Source: Octopus bimaculoides
Lineage: Eukaryota
Reading direction: 5' to 3'
Length of the DNA: 52,852 nt
Assembly (NCBI RefSeq): GCF_001194135.2
Contig: NC_068981.1
Span: forward strand, 60,311,044-60,363,895
Positions 38,586 to 50,420 of this stretch are shown here, in pieces; positions within the stretch are counted from its first letter, which is position 1; every line of letters begins with the position of its first letter. The translations under genes and the position numbers were made by a program. The notes below the pieces were generated by a model. It did not search any database, was not told the origin of the DNA, and saw only the letters and a program-made list of their open reading frames with translations.

Positions 38586-39290
38586 CAATATCAAGGGTGA
38601 TATAGTGACCAGCTTCTTTGAGAGCAACAGGTAAGCTCCTAATAATTCCATATTTTAATCAAGTTTTGTCCTCAAAGTCTTCCAAATATATAAATCATCT
38701 CAGTAAACTCATACATTACACATTTCTTCATCCACTTAAAAAAAAAGAGATCCTTTGTACATAGTATAAAAGAAAAAAAGTATTAGTGTTTAACTTTTTA
38801 CCTTTTGATGGTGAGCTTGCAGCGTCTTGCTATATTTTCATTGTCGAGCATGAAGTCATTGTGTCTATTAAATGAAACTTCATAACGTATGTGTATTTAC
38901 CATACAGAACCTTCCTCTGATGTATCTTCTGTCAGCTACATTGTTGGTATTCATAATCTGCATCTCTACATTTTTCTGTATTTCTGTACATTGTGATTAC
39001 TTCTGAATTTGCTAATGATACCTAACAAGATCCTAATATATCTACTGTTTTCAACAGTCAGTCAAAGATGCATTCCCAACTTCATCGTTTTAGTTTTGAA
39101 ANNNNNNNNNNNNNNNNNNNNNNNNNNNNNNNNNNNNNNNNNNNNNNNNNNNNNNNNNNNNNNNNNNNNNNNNNNNNNNNNNNNNNTTACTTGTATTTAC
39201 ATTTTAAAACAAACAGCACTAGCGTGAGTTCTGATCAACAAATTGCGTGATAATCTCACCCAATTGTAATTTTCCAATTCATTATATTAC

Positions 39291-39642
39291 ACAGGTGTGA
39301 CTGTGTGGTAAGAAGCTTTCCTCCCAACAACATATTTTGGGTTCAGTCCCATTGCACGATACTTATCATAGCCTCGGGATGACCAAATCCTTGTAAGTGG
39401 ATTTAGTAGACGGAAACTGAAAGAAGTCCGTCGTATGTATACCTATCTATCTATCTATCTATGTATGTCTTTGTGTCTGTGTTTGTCACCCCGTCACCAC
39501 TTGACAGCCGAGGCTGGTGTGTTTATGTCCCTGTAAAGTAGCGGTTCGGCAAAAAAGAACAACAAAATAAGTACTAGACTTAGAAAATAAGTCCTGGGGT
39601 CAATTTGTTTGACTAAAATCCTTGAAAGTGATGCTCCAGAAT
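39291..39642 (+). mobile_element. Near full-length tRNA-headed SINE (second family)
   Basis: gtgtggtaagaagcttt...gggttcagtccc...gacggaaactgaaagaagtccgtcg...agcggttcggcaaaa...aataagtactag...gtcctggggtc...gtgatgctccag. Confidence 0.85.
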
Positions 39643-40391
39643 AAAAAATATATAATATAACACAATTTTATTACATATGATAGTACATATTATATTATCT
39701 ATGTGTGTTGACATAAAAATATATGAGTGAAAGTAGGAGTGAATATAAATTTTGAAATCTCTGGTATCTCAAATTTATGTTGACTACAGTTATATAACCA
39801 TTGATTCTCACCAAGAGATGGTGCTCTTGTGTTTGAACATCTTTTGATACACTCTAACAATATAACTTCCTATCTAGGCTACCCATTCATGAGCTCCATT
39901 TTTAAGTAGGAAGGTTCCTATGATACCACTTCATTGCAATTAATGTTGTCGATATACTCTCACACCTACATTTTATCCACACAGGTGCACTCCATGTTTC
40001 ATTTATATAACTCAAATTATGCTTCGTACCTTAGAACAACACATGCGTATGATACCAAATGATACATTTCTCCACTCCTTTTGAGTTTGTTGTACGCAAT
40101 TTTCATGCAACTAAAAGACTTCATATTAGACACAACCAACATAGTAGTAATCCTGAAAATATCTTGCCATAAGGAAATGATAATCAATTCTCCTTAAAGT
40201 TTACAAAGACGCATTTCATGTGGTTTTAGATCATTATTTTACTTCATATGATTAGATATAAATGAACCGATATTTGTTATAGATGCTAAGTATCACAATT
40301 TCTGATAATTGCATTACCATTTCTCAAAAGTAAGCATATTCTTTAGAACTAGAATATGAGGCAAAGGAAGATCTTTTTTTTAAAAAAACAA

Positions 40392-41862
40392 CCCTTTCAG
40401 TTCTCAGCTGACATCCCTAGAAAATCATAAAGTGGGAAATTAATATAATCCAGGGAAGAGATGGAGTGCAGAGTAGCAGCGATGCATGGTAACCCCAGAA
40501 GAGATATTCTGTTAGGAGATGATCACCCATTTCTACTGCCAATGCTCAAACCTTATACTCCTTTCAGCATGGCAAACTTCACTTTTGACAAAGTGAGGGC
40601 AGTGGTGGTAAAAGCACACATAAGTTCTGCTTCGCGGAGATCTGGTACCACTTATAGAATATACAAAAAACTGCTTACTGCTGTTGAGTAGGATAGCAAA
40701 ACTTTTACATTTGATCTGGAAGAAGTAGAAGGAGACCTTGTTCTGGACACTCGTAGGGTGCTGTTTCGTCTCAAAAGAAGAAAACTTAGCAAGACTTCAC
40801 CAGTTTCGAGCTCTCTTTTAGATGTTGAGGGGAAAATATTTAAGAAAATCATTGCTATAAGGTTAACATCACATCTCCTGGCCAACGAGTGCATCGATAC
40901 GAATGTCCAGAAAGGAGGGTTCTCAGGTTACTCTGGATGCCTCGAACACACATCAGCAATGCCATTAAGAAGGCAAGAGGAACAATAACTCCCTCTTCGT
41001 TGTATAGTTGGATCTTGCAAAAGCATGCCGACTAAATAGTCCTAAGCGCATTCGAGTACTACCAAATACCAGCATAAGTAATCGGTCTCATAATGGCACA
41101 CCTAGATGTGCTGTTCACCGTGGAAAATGTAACCACTAAATGGCAGAGACTGGAAGAAAGCATATTGACAAGATGCATAATTTACATGATGCTGTTTGTG
41201 GCGACCATGAACCTACTGCAACAGGTGGGAAGGAGGCCCAAAACAAACGAAAACACAGAAAGTTTAGTTTGCAGTGCCTCCGTGAACGATGGGGAACGTT
41301 GGACTTTGAGATCGCTGGAAAAGATGGTGATATGGTCCCTCCAGAAGTTCAATTCAGCGAAATCTCTGAGATTGAATATCCTCAAAGGAATGCTGATAAA
41401 TGACATCTTCGACATTCAGGGCTCTGGGACTCCAAACATTTCAGAAAATAAAGAGTCCGATGCCTTTAGAAAAATTACGAATATACCCCTAAGGATATTG
41501 ACAATGACGAAGGCACTAAGATTCAACTAGACTGGGTGAGGTTAGTTGATAAAAACCAACTACCTTAAAAGTTCAAGGTATGGTGCTTCCAGTATGGCGT
41601 CATACACAGCCTGCAGTGGCCATTTTTACTTTGAAACTTTGGCATGACTCGTACAGAGGCAGTAGAGAGGCTGTGTAGTTAATTCGTGCGAAAGTGGCTG
41701 GGCTTTCCCGCAACTTCTAGCTCAGTCAATCTGTATGGCAAGGCTTCTAAGTTCTGCCTAACAATTTCGTTAGTAGTAGACGAAAGAGCAATTAGCAATT
41801 TGCTTGTCTAAGGATGAGAGAGTCAGACACACACCACACCACACCACACCACTGTCTCTCTC

Positions 41863-41903
<41 letters not shown>

Positions 41904-43000
41904 GTACAGATACGTATACTTATATATACACATACATACAGGCTTACAAAAAGGACAAAAGGGATAAATGTCAATGCTTGTAAACCCACTCACCAGTTGT
42001 GGTGTGTCTGTATTTGACTTATTTGCCTTTTTACCAAAGGATCCGTCGTTCAGTAGAGGAAGATCTCTGGATGAAGGGAATAGAGTTTACACAATAGGGA
42101 CATTGGATATAGTGGGACTAGGCACTGAGACACCCACCTTCTAGGAAAGAATTCTGGGAAAACTGCCTTCATCCTTCGTGCTGTCACTGACTTCTTGCCA
42201 ACTCCAAATAACCTTAAGATATGGAGCAAAGAAAGAGATGACTCATCCTGCAACCAGTGTAGAACTACATTTTGACCAAGTGCGCTAGGGCACCGGTTGA
42301 AGGCCGCTACAAGTTGAGACACGACAAGGTCCTTGCAGAAACCGCCTAGTTGATTGATGTGCAAAGGGTTAAAGGTGAACAAACACCAGCCAACACCACA
42401 GTTAAACGGTATCAGATTACTAAGGGATGGCAACATAGCTCTAAAGAAGAAAACAAAGGCTGGGGACCAGTTTTATATTTTGCATCCAGCTTCTGACTGA
42501 AAAATGTTAATAAACCTGAAGGACAGACTCGTCTTCCCTGAAGAGACAGCGGTAACATCACGCCGATCCAATATGTTCCTGCTGTCAAGGAAGACGAAGG
42601 CAATCTTCGCAGTCGAACTCACAGTACCCTTGGAGGACAGATTCTATATTTCCCACCAGCTAAAGAAAACAAAGTATCAGGGCTTAGTCGACAAGGTTCT
42701 TGCCAAAATGATGGTATCCAGTTTAATTTCCTATTGAAGTCGGTTACCGAGCCATTTGAGCGTGGTCGGTGCGCTATTTCCTACAGATGATAGGGCTGGA
42801 ACCCAGTCAGCTGAAGAAAGCCACCTAAGATATAGGCACGGTTGGTGAAAGAAACTCAGGTTGGCAGGCGAAGGCTCGTTCAGTCATTCCTATTCCAGTC
42901 GTGCAAAGCATACAGGCTAAGAAGCGAAACGCTTGCGACCCTGGGATAACTGCTGACAATATGGAAGGTTAACCAGCATTGCAATGGATTGCAATGGGCT
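40392..43000 (+). pseudogene. 5'-truncated, frameshifted R2-group (Hero-like) non-LTR retrotransposon: RT, CCHC knuckle and restriction-like endonuclease
   Basis: SLLDVEGKIF..IAIRLTSHLLANECIDTNVQKGGFSGYSGCLEHTS (RT), WQRLEESI..CII..LFVATMNLL, SCNQC..H..C knuckle near 42250-42300, and VTSRRSNMFLLSRKTKAIFAVELTVPLED...KTKYQGL (PD-(D/E)xK). Interrupted by a microsatellite at ~41829-41990. Confidence 0.85.
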
Positions 43001-43276
43001 TAGAAGAGCTTGCAAAATCTCTGAGTAACTGCTTCAGTCTGTGTTTGAGGTAGATCACCCCTGATATTTATTTCACCTAGAATGATTCACTTACAATGAT
43101 GCATGCATAAGATAGTGGAGGAACAACTACAATTACGCATAAAGATATTCTAGACTACTCCCTGAAACAAGCTTTGAGCTGAATTACTCAAATGCAATAT
43201 TTTTACTATAGCACACACAAACAGACGCATGCACGCACGCACGCACGGACAGACACACACACACACACACAGAGTC

Positions 43277-43420
43277 GTAGGTGCAGGCATGAGTGTGTGA
43301 ATGAGAAGCCTTTTTGGGAATCACCTGGTTTTGGGTTCTGTCCCACTGTGCGACACCTTGAGCAAGAGTTTTCTACTATAGTGCCGAACTAACTAATGCT
43401 TTGTAAGTGAATTTGCATGT
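43277..43420 (+). mobile_element. tRNA-headed SINE 5' fragment (second family)
   Basis: gggttctgtcccactgtgcgacaccttgagcaagagttttctactatag. Confidence 0.75.
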
Positions 43421-43572
43421 GTAGGCATATATATATATATATATATAAAGGAATTTCATTGAAGAGATTTTCCCCATGTGGCGAGTTTTCGTGGGAAAAA
43501 ATATATAAAAGAAGGAAAATGCATACAATTTATACATTTTTATTACATTTTAAAGAATAGAATATAATGGTA

Positions 43573-43604
43573 GTCGACAGGTTTCGCGTTATGCTAATCA
43601 TAAC
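43573..43604 (-). ncRNA. Hammerhead-like motif, AUGAUUA core (A3:U8)
   Basis: Minus strand: GTT-ATGATTA-GCA TAA CGC-GAAA-CCTGTC-GAC. Stem II has one mismatch. Confidence 0.4.
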
Positions 43605-43681
43605 ATTGCAATTAGTGAAAACATTGTAGTTTCGTATTTTCTTAAGTTTTACGAAATTGCAGTATTCTCACCAAATTCAAT

Positions 43682-43713
43682 GTCATGTTTAGCGAAACGC
43701 GAAACTGGTCGAC
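43682..43713 (+). ncRNA. Hammerhead-like motif, partner arm (AUGUUUA core in this copy)
   Basis: GTC-ATGTTTA-GCG AAA CGC-GAAA-CTGGTC-GAC. Stems I and II perfect; GUC cleavage triplet at 43708-43710. Confidence 0.4.
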
Positions 43714-44441
43714 CATCATAATGTTCTATCCTTTAAAATATATGAAAAATATATAAACTGTGTAAATTTTCCTTCTCTTATTATATATATATATATATAT
43801 GTGTGTGTAAATTTGTAGTTTAAGATATGAATTCAGAGAATCGTGTAACTATCATAGAAACCTCCTCTTAGGAACTCGGCTAACAGACCACATAGTAATC
43901 CAATACAAAGAAGTGTAATGCAAAGTGTCCATGCAGCTGAAATTCAGAAGATTCGATCGATGAAATTATTCCCTGAGGAGTATATAAACTATAAGATGAC
44001 AAATTTCTTTTTTGTGTATGGAAAACCGAGACTAGATAATATTAGCTTTGAAGTATCAGTCTTTCATACATTGTATGTATAACGAGAAAATTTTGCGAGC
44101 ATAACTGAAGTCGAATTGTTGGTGTAATCATGATTTTCTTGTGATCTGATGCGCAAGATTAACTTGTGAATATACAATCGACTTACATAATGCGTAGCAT
44201 GCATATTCATGCGAACATGTAAACATTATTCCAAACTGAATTTATTATAATAATAATTTTTTCTCCCTACATGTATATATTCCTTTCATATTGTGTTCTC
44301 TACACATTCTCATTGAATCTTCCTAGCGTCAACAACCTCCTTGCGACAATGTACCTCCAGACGCATGCGCATATAAGGATACACAATTTCCGGAAAATGG
44401 ACATGAGTTAGAACAAGAACAGTAACAAACGAGTGAAGAAT

Positions 44442-44476
<35 letters not shown>

Positions 44477-44965
44477 NNNNNNNNNNNNNNNNNNNNNNNN
44501 NNNNNNNNNNNNNNNNNNNNNNNNNNNNNNNNNNNNNNNNNNNNNNNNNNNNNNNNNNNNNNNNNNNNNNNNNNNNNNNNNNNNNNNNNNNNNNNNNNNN
44601 NNNNNNNNNNNNNNNNNNNNNNNNNNNNNNNNNNNNNNNNNNNNNNNNNNNNNNNNNNNNNNNNNNNNNNNNNNNNNNNNNNNNNNNNNNNNNNNNNNNN
44701 NNNNNNNNNNNNNNNNNNNNNNNNNNNNNNNNNNNNNNNNNNNNNNNNNNNNNNNNNNNNNNNNNNNNNNNNNNNNNNNNNNNNNNNNNNNNNNNNNNNN
44801 NNNNNNNNNNNNNNNNNNNNNNNNNNNNNNNNNNNNNNNNNNNNNNNNNNNNNNNNNNNNNNNNNNNNNNNNNNNNNNNNNNNNNNNNNNNNNNNNNNNN
44901 NNNNNNNNNNNNNNNNNNNNNNNNNNNNNNNNNNNNNNNNNNNNNNNNNNNNNNNNNNNNNNNNN

Positions 44966-45080
44966 ATACCAGGTTAAAATCAAATCAGAACCGAGCTCTA
45001 TTGATTCGACTAAAATTGTTCAATGTGGTGCCCCAGCATGGCCACAATCTAATGACTGAAACAAGTAAAAGATAAAAGAT
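44966..45080 (+). mobile_element. 3' tail of second-family SINE
   Basis: ttcgactaaaa...gtggtgccccagcatggccac...aatgactgaaacaagtaaaagataaaag. Confidence 0.7.
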
Positions 45081-45487
45081 TATTATAGTTTTAAAGTCAT
45101 TATCATATATTAAAATCATCATCATTATTATTATTATAGTTTCTTACAGTGTCTTTACCTTCGTGGAGAGTAACTTCAATCTTGTATTATTATTATTATT
45201 ATTATTATTATTAGATGTTGGGCTCTTATGGAAGTATTTTGCTGAATTCATGTTTAGTTTTGAATTTTGTTCTTAAATACTCTCATAGCCTCCTGATTTC
45301 GATGATTTGATTTTAGAAAACGTGTAAGAGAATCCGTCCTGAAAATTAGAGAAGAAAATGGAAGATAAAGCGCAACAGATAGAATATAATTACAAGCTCC
45401 TATTCCATCTATATTGAATAGCATGATATGAATATCACCTCACAATGAACTGCTTAATCTTTTACCATTTCTACTAAATTTAAGATG

Positions 45488-45635
45488 CACAAGGGGCTGC
45501 TGAAAAGCCCCTGGACTTGAGTAAAAGAAAATACAGGAGGATTAGTTAATTATGATTTTATTCAAAACATATTCTCCCTCTCAGATTCACACACTTATTG
45601 CAGCGGTCCTTCAGTTTGTTTAACCTCTGTAAGAG
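45488..45635 (-). mobile_element. Mariner-type transposon 3' terminus (last codons plus TIR)
   Basis: Minus strand LQRLNKLKDRCNKCVNLRG resembles the mariner C-terminus (KLxxRWxKCxxxxGxYVE). Ends in a gaggggnnnctgaaaag-type TIR. Confidence 0.6.
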
Positions 45636-45691
45636 AATATATATATATACACACACACACACATTATATATATATATATATATATATATAT

Positions 45692-45890
45692 ACTTTATTT
45701 AAAAGCANNNNNNNNNNGAGTTTTACGTTCCCGTTCATCGGACAGCTGTCCGATGAACGGGAACGTGAAACTCAGAGTAACGGTTTTTTTGTTATATTTC
45801 TGCTGCTTTTAAATAAAGCATATTACTCTACCTCTGGTATTTGAGTACTCTTTTTTCCACCTTGTTGCACATTTCATGTGCTTACTCCGG
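45692..45890. mobile_element. Palindromic Penelope-like terminal remnant in (TA)n
   Basis: 45718-45745 and 45746-45773 form a loop-less 28 bp palindrome with 1 mismatch. Outer arms 45693-45707 and 45804-45818 also pair. Confidence 0.8.
45745..45784 (+). ncRNA. Type-I hammerhead-like motif, CCGAUGA core variant
   Basis: GCTGT-CCGATGA-ACG GGAA CGT-GAAA-CTC A GAG TA-ACGGT. Stem II has a GNRA loop, stem III is ACTC/GAGT, predicted GUA cleavage after 45779. Confidence 0.55.
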
Positions 45891-45974
45891 TATATATATA
45901 TATATATATATGTGTTGCAAAGTGGTAAGTAAATCCTTTATTGGGTCTTCAACCAGTAAAATTAGAGGATAAAC

Positions 45975-46215
45975 CGATTAATCGACCATAAAATTTCAAG
46001 CATTAATAATTCTTTCTATTATAGGCATAAGGCCTGAAGTTTGTGCGAAGGGGCTAGTTGATTACATCGCCCCCAATGTTCAAATGATACTTATTTTATC
46101 GACTCCGAAAGAACGAAAGGCAACATCGACACCAGCGGCACTTGAACTTAGAATGTGAAATCGGAAGAAATGCCTTTATGCATTCTTTTCTATGCAGTAG
46201 TGATTCTGCAAGGTC
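45975..46215 (-). mobile_element. Meta-domain-like SINE, reverse orientation
   Basis: gatacttattttatcgactccgaaagaacgaaaggcaacatcgac...cttgaacttagaatg is the reverse complement of the core. Confidence 0.8.
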
Positions 46216-48279
46216 GCCATTCAATAGGTACTTAAATATTAAGACTGGAGCAAGTCTGTGGGAACGATTTAATTGACCAATGTACTTGAGTGGTACTCTT
46301 TAGAGAGATGAAAGGAAAAGTATACTACAACAGATTTTCAAATTAGGAGCATAAAGAAACATAACTAATAACTAAACTATTTTGTTCGACACTTTAACGA
46401 TTATGCTGCTAATCTACTGCTACTTTGCGTTAGCTACTGATAATCAACTGCTACTTGACTAAGAGCGAATTAATGATATTGCCAACCCACTTTCTTTTCA
46501 TTAAAAGCGATTATAATTCAAACATTAATTCCAGATGTTGAATTAATGATTAATGCCATATTTCATCGGTAAGAGATCAGAGTTGTCTTAGCAGCATTAT
46601 AGGCACCCGGGCAAATCGATGCACTGGGGTTTATTATATTTATTTATTGACAGCAAACCACATCGTATATATATCAGGATTGAGCCCCTAGATCCAGTGT
46701 GTCCATGCTGTAAGACGGCACTGCAGGAGACGACTAAGTAAAAAGAAAAGAATGGTGAAATATCAAAGGTTTTTCTTCTAAGAGCAACCAACAAGCCTCC
46801 TAAGACTATATATCTTTTAGTGGTTAGAATTTTCTTTTCATCTTGGCACATGAGATTAATTTTTGTTTCAACGTTAAATGTTTAAAACACAATAAGAAAG
46901 AAACAGTTCATCATATTATCTGGGTGTCCAGTTTTGTAAAGATATAATTACTAAATCTACCTAGTAGATATGTAGAGAGGGAAATATTTCTTTGTTGCAT
47001 ATTTGATGTAAAGACAGCGCTATCCACAGACACTTCCTAAGCACTGGGTGAAAAAAAAAAAAACGAGAAATTTCTGTACTCTATTGAATACAAGCAATAA
47101 ACAAGGGATTAATTGCCAAGTATTGTTGCTAAACATTGTAAAATATATATTTCCTTTGTGAGAAACGATGCATTTAAGGAATTAGACTAGAAAACTTCAT
47201 GATAGCATGGGAATTAGAAGCACAAATAATTGTTTGATACTAATAAATCTCTCCGAGGTCGACGTTGTATATTAACTTGTGTATTATCCTCTCAAGTTTA
47301 ATCAAATAAATACCAGTTAAATATTGGTGTCGACAAAATCTATTTTTCTTCATCTAAGTAGCATTATGGTTGAGAAATCAATACTTGCAAACATCAAAAT
47401 AAACATAGATTGACTAAAGCAGTTTCACACTCAAACCGCTTCATATTTTATTCAACACACACACACTACATACACATGCACACACATACGCACGCACGGA
47501 CACACACACACACACATTTACAGACAGACAGCGCAAATGTAATCTGCAGAATATTTTCTAAATAAAATGTTCAAGTTACCTTTATAAGAGAACCCAAATT
47601 GCTCCAAAGTCTAACGTTCGGGCATCGTTCCATTCCAGTTGAGTTTCGGTAAAACGAAGTGACAAGGCAACCTCCCACAATGTATACAATCATAATTGAA
47701 AATGTACTGAAAAATAATCGTTTCAAACAATGATATTTTCAGAGAAGTTGTTTTCTAAAGCTTTATGCAAATTATACACATTTACTTTGTACGTATGGAG
47801 AGAGGACAGAATCCATTATACGTAACTACAAAAGCAGTTCATTTTCGGTAAGTTGGCCTCTGTGAAACATTTCCTAATGAAGAATATAGACAGAATACTA
47901 CGATTGTGTTAACACTAATTCTGCAGCTTACGTCCGTATCTTTTCCTATCTATTTGTTGCTAAACAGAAAATGCTACGGTTGGTTAGTCCCAAGTCAGCT
48001 CTAATCAAGTAGACCAATGGATTTCAGTCGTGACGAACCCGTCTTTGACTTTGTTTTCAAACAATAGTTCAACCATTACATTTTCCAATGTTTAAAGAAG
48101 AATTTGGTTGCTATGTCCGACAAGTTGAATAACCACGCAAGAAACTTCCTAAGTGGAATCGTTCTTAAGTAGTTGTCATTCATAGTCATTGTCTGTAGAG
48201 CACCCCACTAGTGGCAAGATATGAAACAGACTAAGAACAGCAGGCTGTTCGGCTGGTAGCATTGACGCATTTTCGATAC

Positions 48280-50420
48280 TAAAGTTATTGGAATTATTTA
48301 AGGGTGACTTTGCGGTGCTGAATCTGAAAATGACATTAGTTTCCCTACATTAGCACTAATTTTTGACAAGTTTAAAGGCCCTATATTTGAGAATTCGCAA
48401 CACTTAGCCTTCTAAGCCCCTCTTATTTCTATGATATAGTTGTGCCTGAATTGATATTTAGGTCATTTAATTAATTGCATATTAAATAATGGAATTAAAA
48501 ATATTTATATTTTTATTAAGGCACGTTGACATAAAATGATCATTCTGAAATAAAATGCCAAAACATGTATACATTGTAACACTAAAAAACTAACAAAAAT
48601 TAATCACAAAATATTTGATGACATTTTAAACAGTAATAATTTTCAAGACAATACAATAGCATCGACTAATTAAGAATATTAAAATATATCAGTCCTTCAT
48701 GTTCATACGATATTCTTTTGTGTAGCGTAGCAGGACTATAATCGGAATGTTCCAACAGGAATCCCACCATTATATGCATTCCCTTTCTGCCTTGATAGCT
48801 TTCCATCATCCTTATATAGTGGTGGAACTTTACCTTTTGTTCGTCACTTAAATCTCCAAGATTATGTGGAAATCTGTCAAACAGCCTATGGAGGGAATTT
48901 ACTTTTATGCCCATATTACTCCCAGCACTCATACTGTTATTAAGCACCCTTAATAATTCTTCATAATTGTCTGGTTACTTGTCACCCAAGAAGTTTTCAA
49001 TAACTGAGGTATAACTACACCAAGAAGAAACTTCAATATCATTCATATATTTCTGAAAACTAGAATTTTTGGTAAGTTTACGAATATGATCAGCAGTAGA
49101 TATTCTACTTTTGATGCAAACGCACTTGAAGCAATCACCATCTCTTTTCAAAGCTTTAACAAATTGTTTCATCAGTCCCAAATAAATATGGAGGGTAGGA
49201 AGAATGATATTTTGTCTTTGAGCTAATAGCTCATTAAAGGATGTTCAGTCTCCCTATGGTTATTCTCTCTCTTAAAGGCCATGTTACGTTTTTCAATTGA
49301 TCTTGCTTTGCTCTATTGTCCCACAAGCATTTGAAGCAAAGATATTTTGTGTTCCTACTTTGCTATCCCAGCAAGAAATTCTCTATCTTTGAGTCAACGC
49401 GAATAGATCACAGACGCTCATGATAACAGAGTCCTTGAAAGACAGTTATGTTCTTTATATTGTCTGACCAATTGGTAAATATACATAACAGCTTCCATAG
49501 TGTAATAAAATACATTTCAAACTTCAGGTGTCTCTCTCTCTCTCTCTCTCTTTCATTCACTCCCTTTACCTCTCTCTGTATATACTTATAATCGACAATC
49601 TAGTTGTTACATTTCGAGAAAAGTTCAGCTATGTTATTTCCGTAGACAACATCTTCGTGTTCGCTAAAATAAGGAAGAAATGTCTACTCTTTCTTCAATA
49701 GGCTGTTATTTTAACTTGCTTGTAGACTGGTCTTTTCTTTTAGTCTGAATGCCAAAGATTCAGTAGACTACTTTGAGAGACTGAGATCTTATTTCAGATA
49801 ATTTTTTCCTTTTTTGAGAACAGTTTTGGTATCAAAGAACTTATTACTCATAATTATTTTCCAGGCTACCATGTGTGGTAGACATTAAGCTTTGCATTTC
49901 TTCAACATCTGACAAGCGATGGTCAGGTACAGAAGGAAGTACTAGCATGAGAGTTTGCCTACCATGTAGTACAATTCGATTTGCAGATTCCAAATCAGGA
50001 TATTCTTATGTAATTTTATAGTAATTGAAGCTTTTCATATTAACAGTACAAAACAACAATCATTCGTAGTAGTTTTACGGATCACACCACACGATAGGCA
50101 CTCCGACGTTAATTTTTTTTCTTTTGCCTTCGTGCCATTGGTGAAAGGAATTTACTTAGATTTTAAATACATTATGGAGAACTCACGACTTAACTTGATC
50201 TCCAAACTTTGCTCCAAAATAAGAACGATATGCTTGCTTACAAAGTCAATGATATTTTTTCTCTGCTTTTCTCTAGGGTATTCACAACAGATACAACAGA
50301 AAACATGTTATTTATTCAAGCAGGTTCTTTATGACGAACTCATCTTTAATAGTTTATTACCTGCCATCATTAAGAATTACTAAATGAAAGAGATAATTTT
50401 AAATTTAGTTTTGCAATAAA
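48280..50420 (-). pseudogene. Decayed, near full-length DDE DNA transposon, probably Chapaev3-like (CMC superfamily); transposase ~50343 to ~48640
   Basis: Collinear motifs: N-terminal MSSS*RTCLN..VFCCIC.EY..EKQRKNI.DFV, VPIVWCDP, EYPDLESA, KYLCFKCLWDNRAK, ILPTLHIYLGLMKQFVKAL, ENFLG, NMGIKVNSLH..DRFPHNLGDLSDEQ..KFH. Many stops and frameshifts. Confidence 0.8.

Larger units (their letters stand above)
43505..43781. mobile_element. 277 bp imperfect fold-back element in (TA)n, with a hammerhead-like motif in each arm
   Basis: 43505-43608 pairs with 43678-43781; the inner segment is also self-complementary around cttaag at 43641-43646. Confidence 0.8.

Noticed and set aside
382-45059. Many long ORFs rich in IY, HT, CV or X
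   Set aside because: They are translations of dinucleotide microsatellites and N-gaps.
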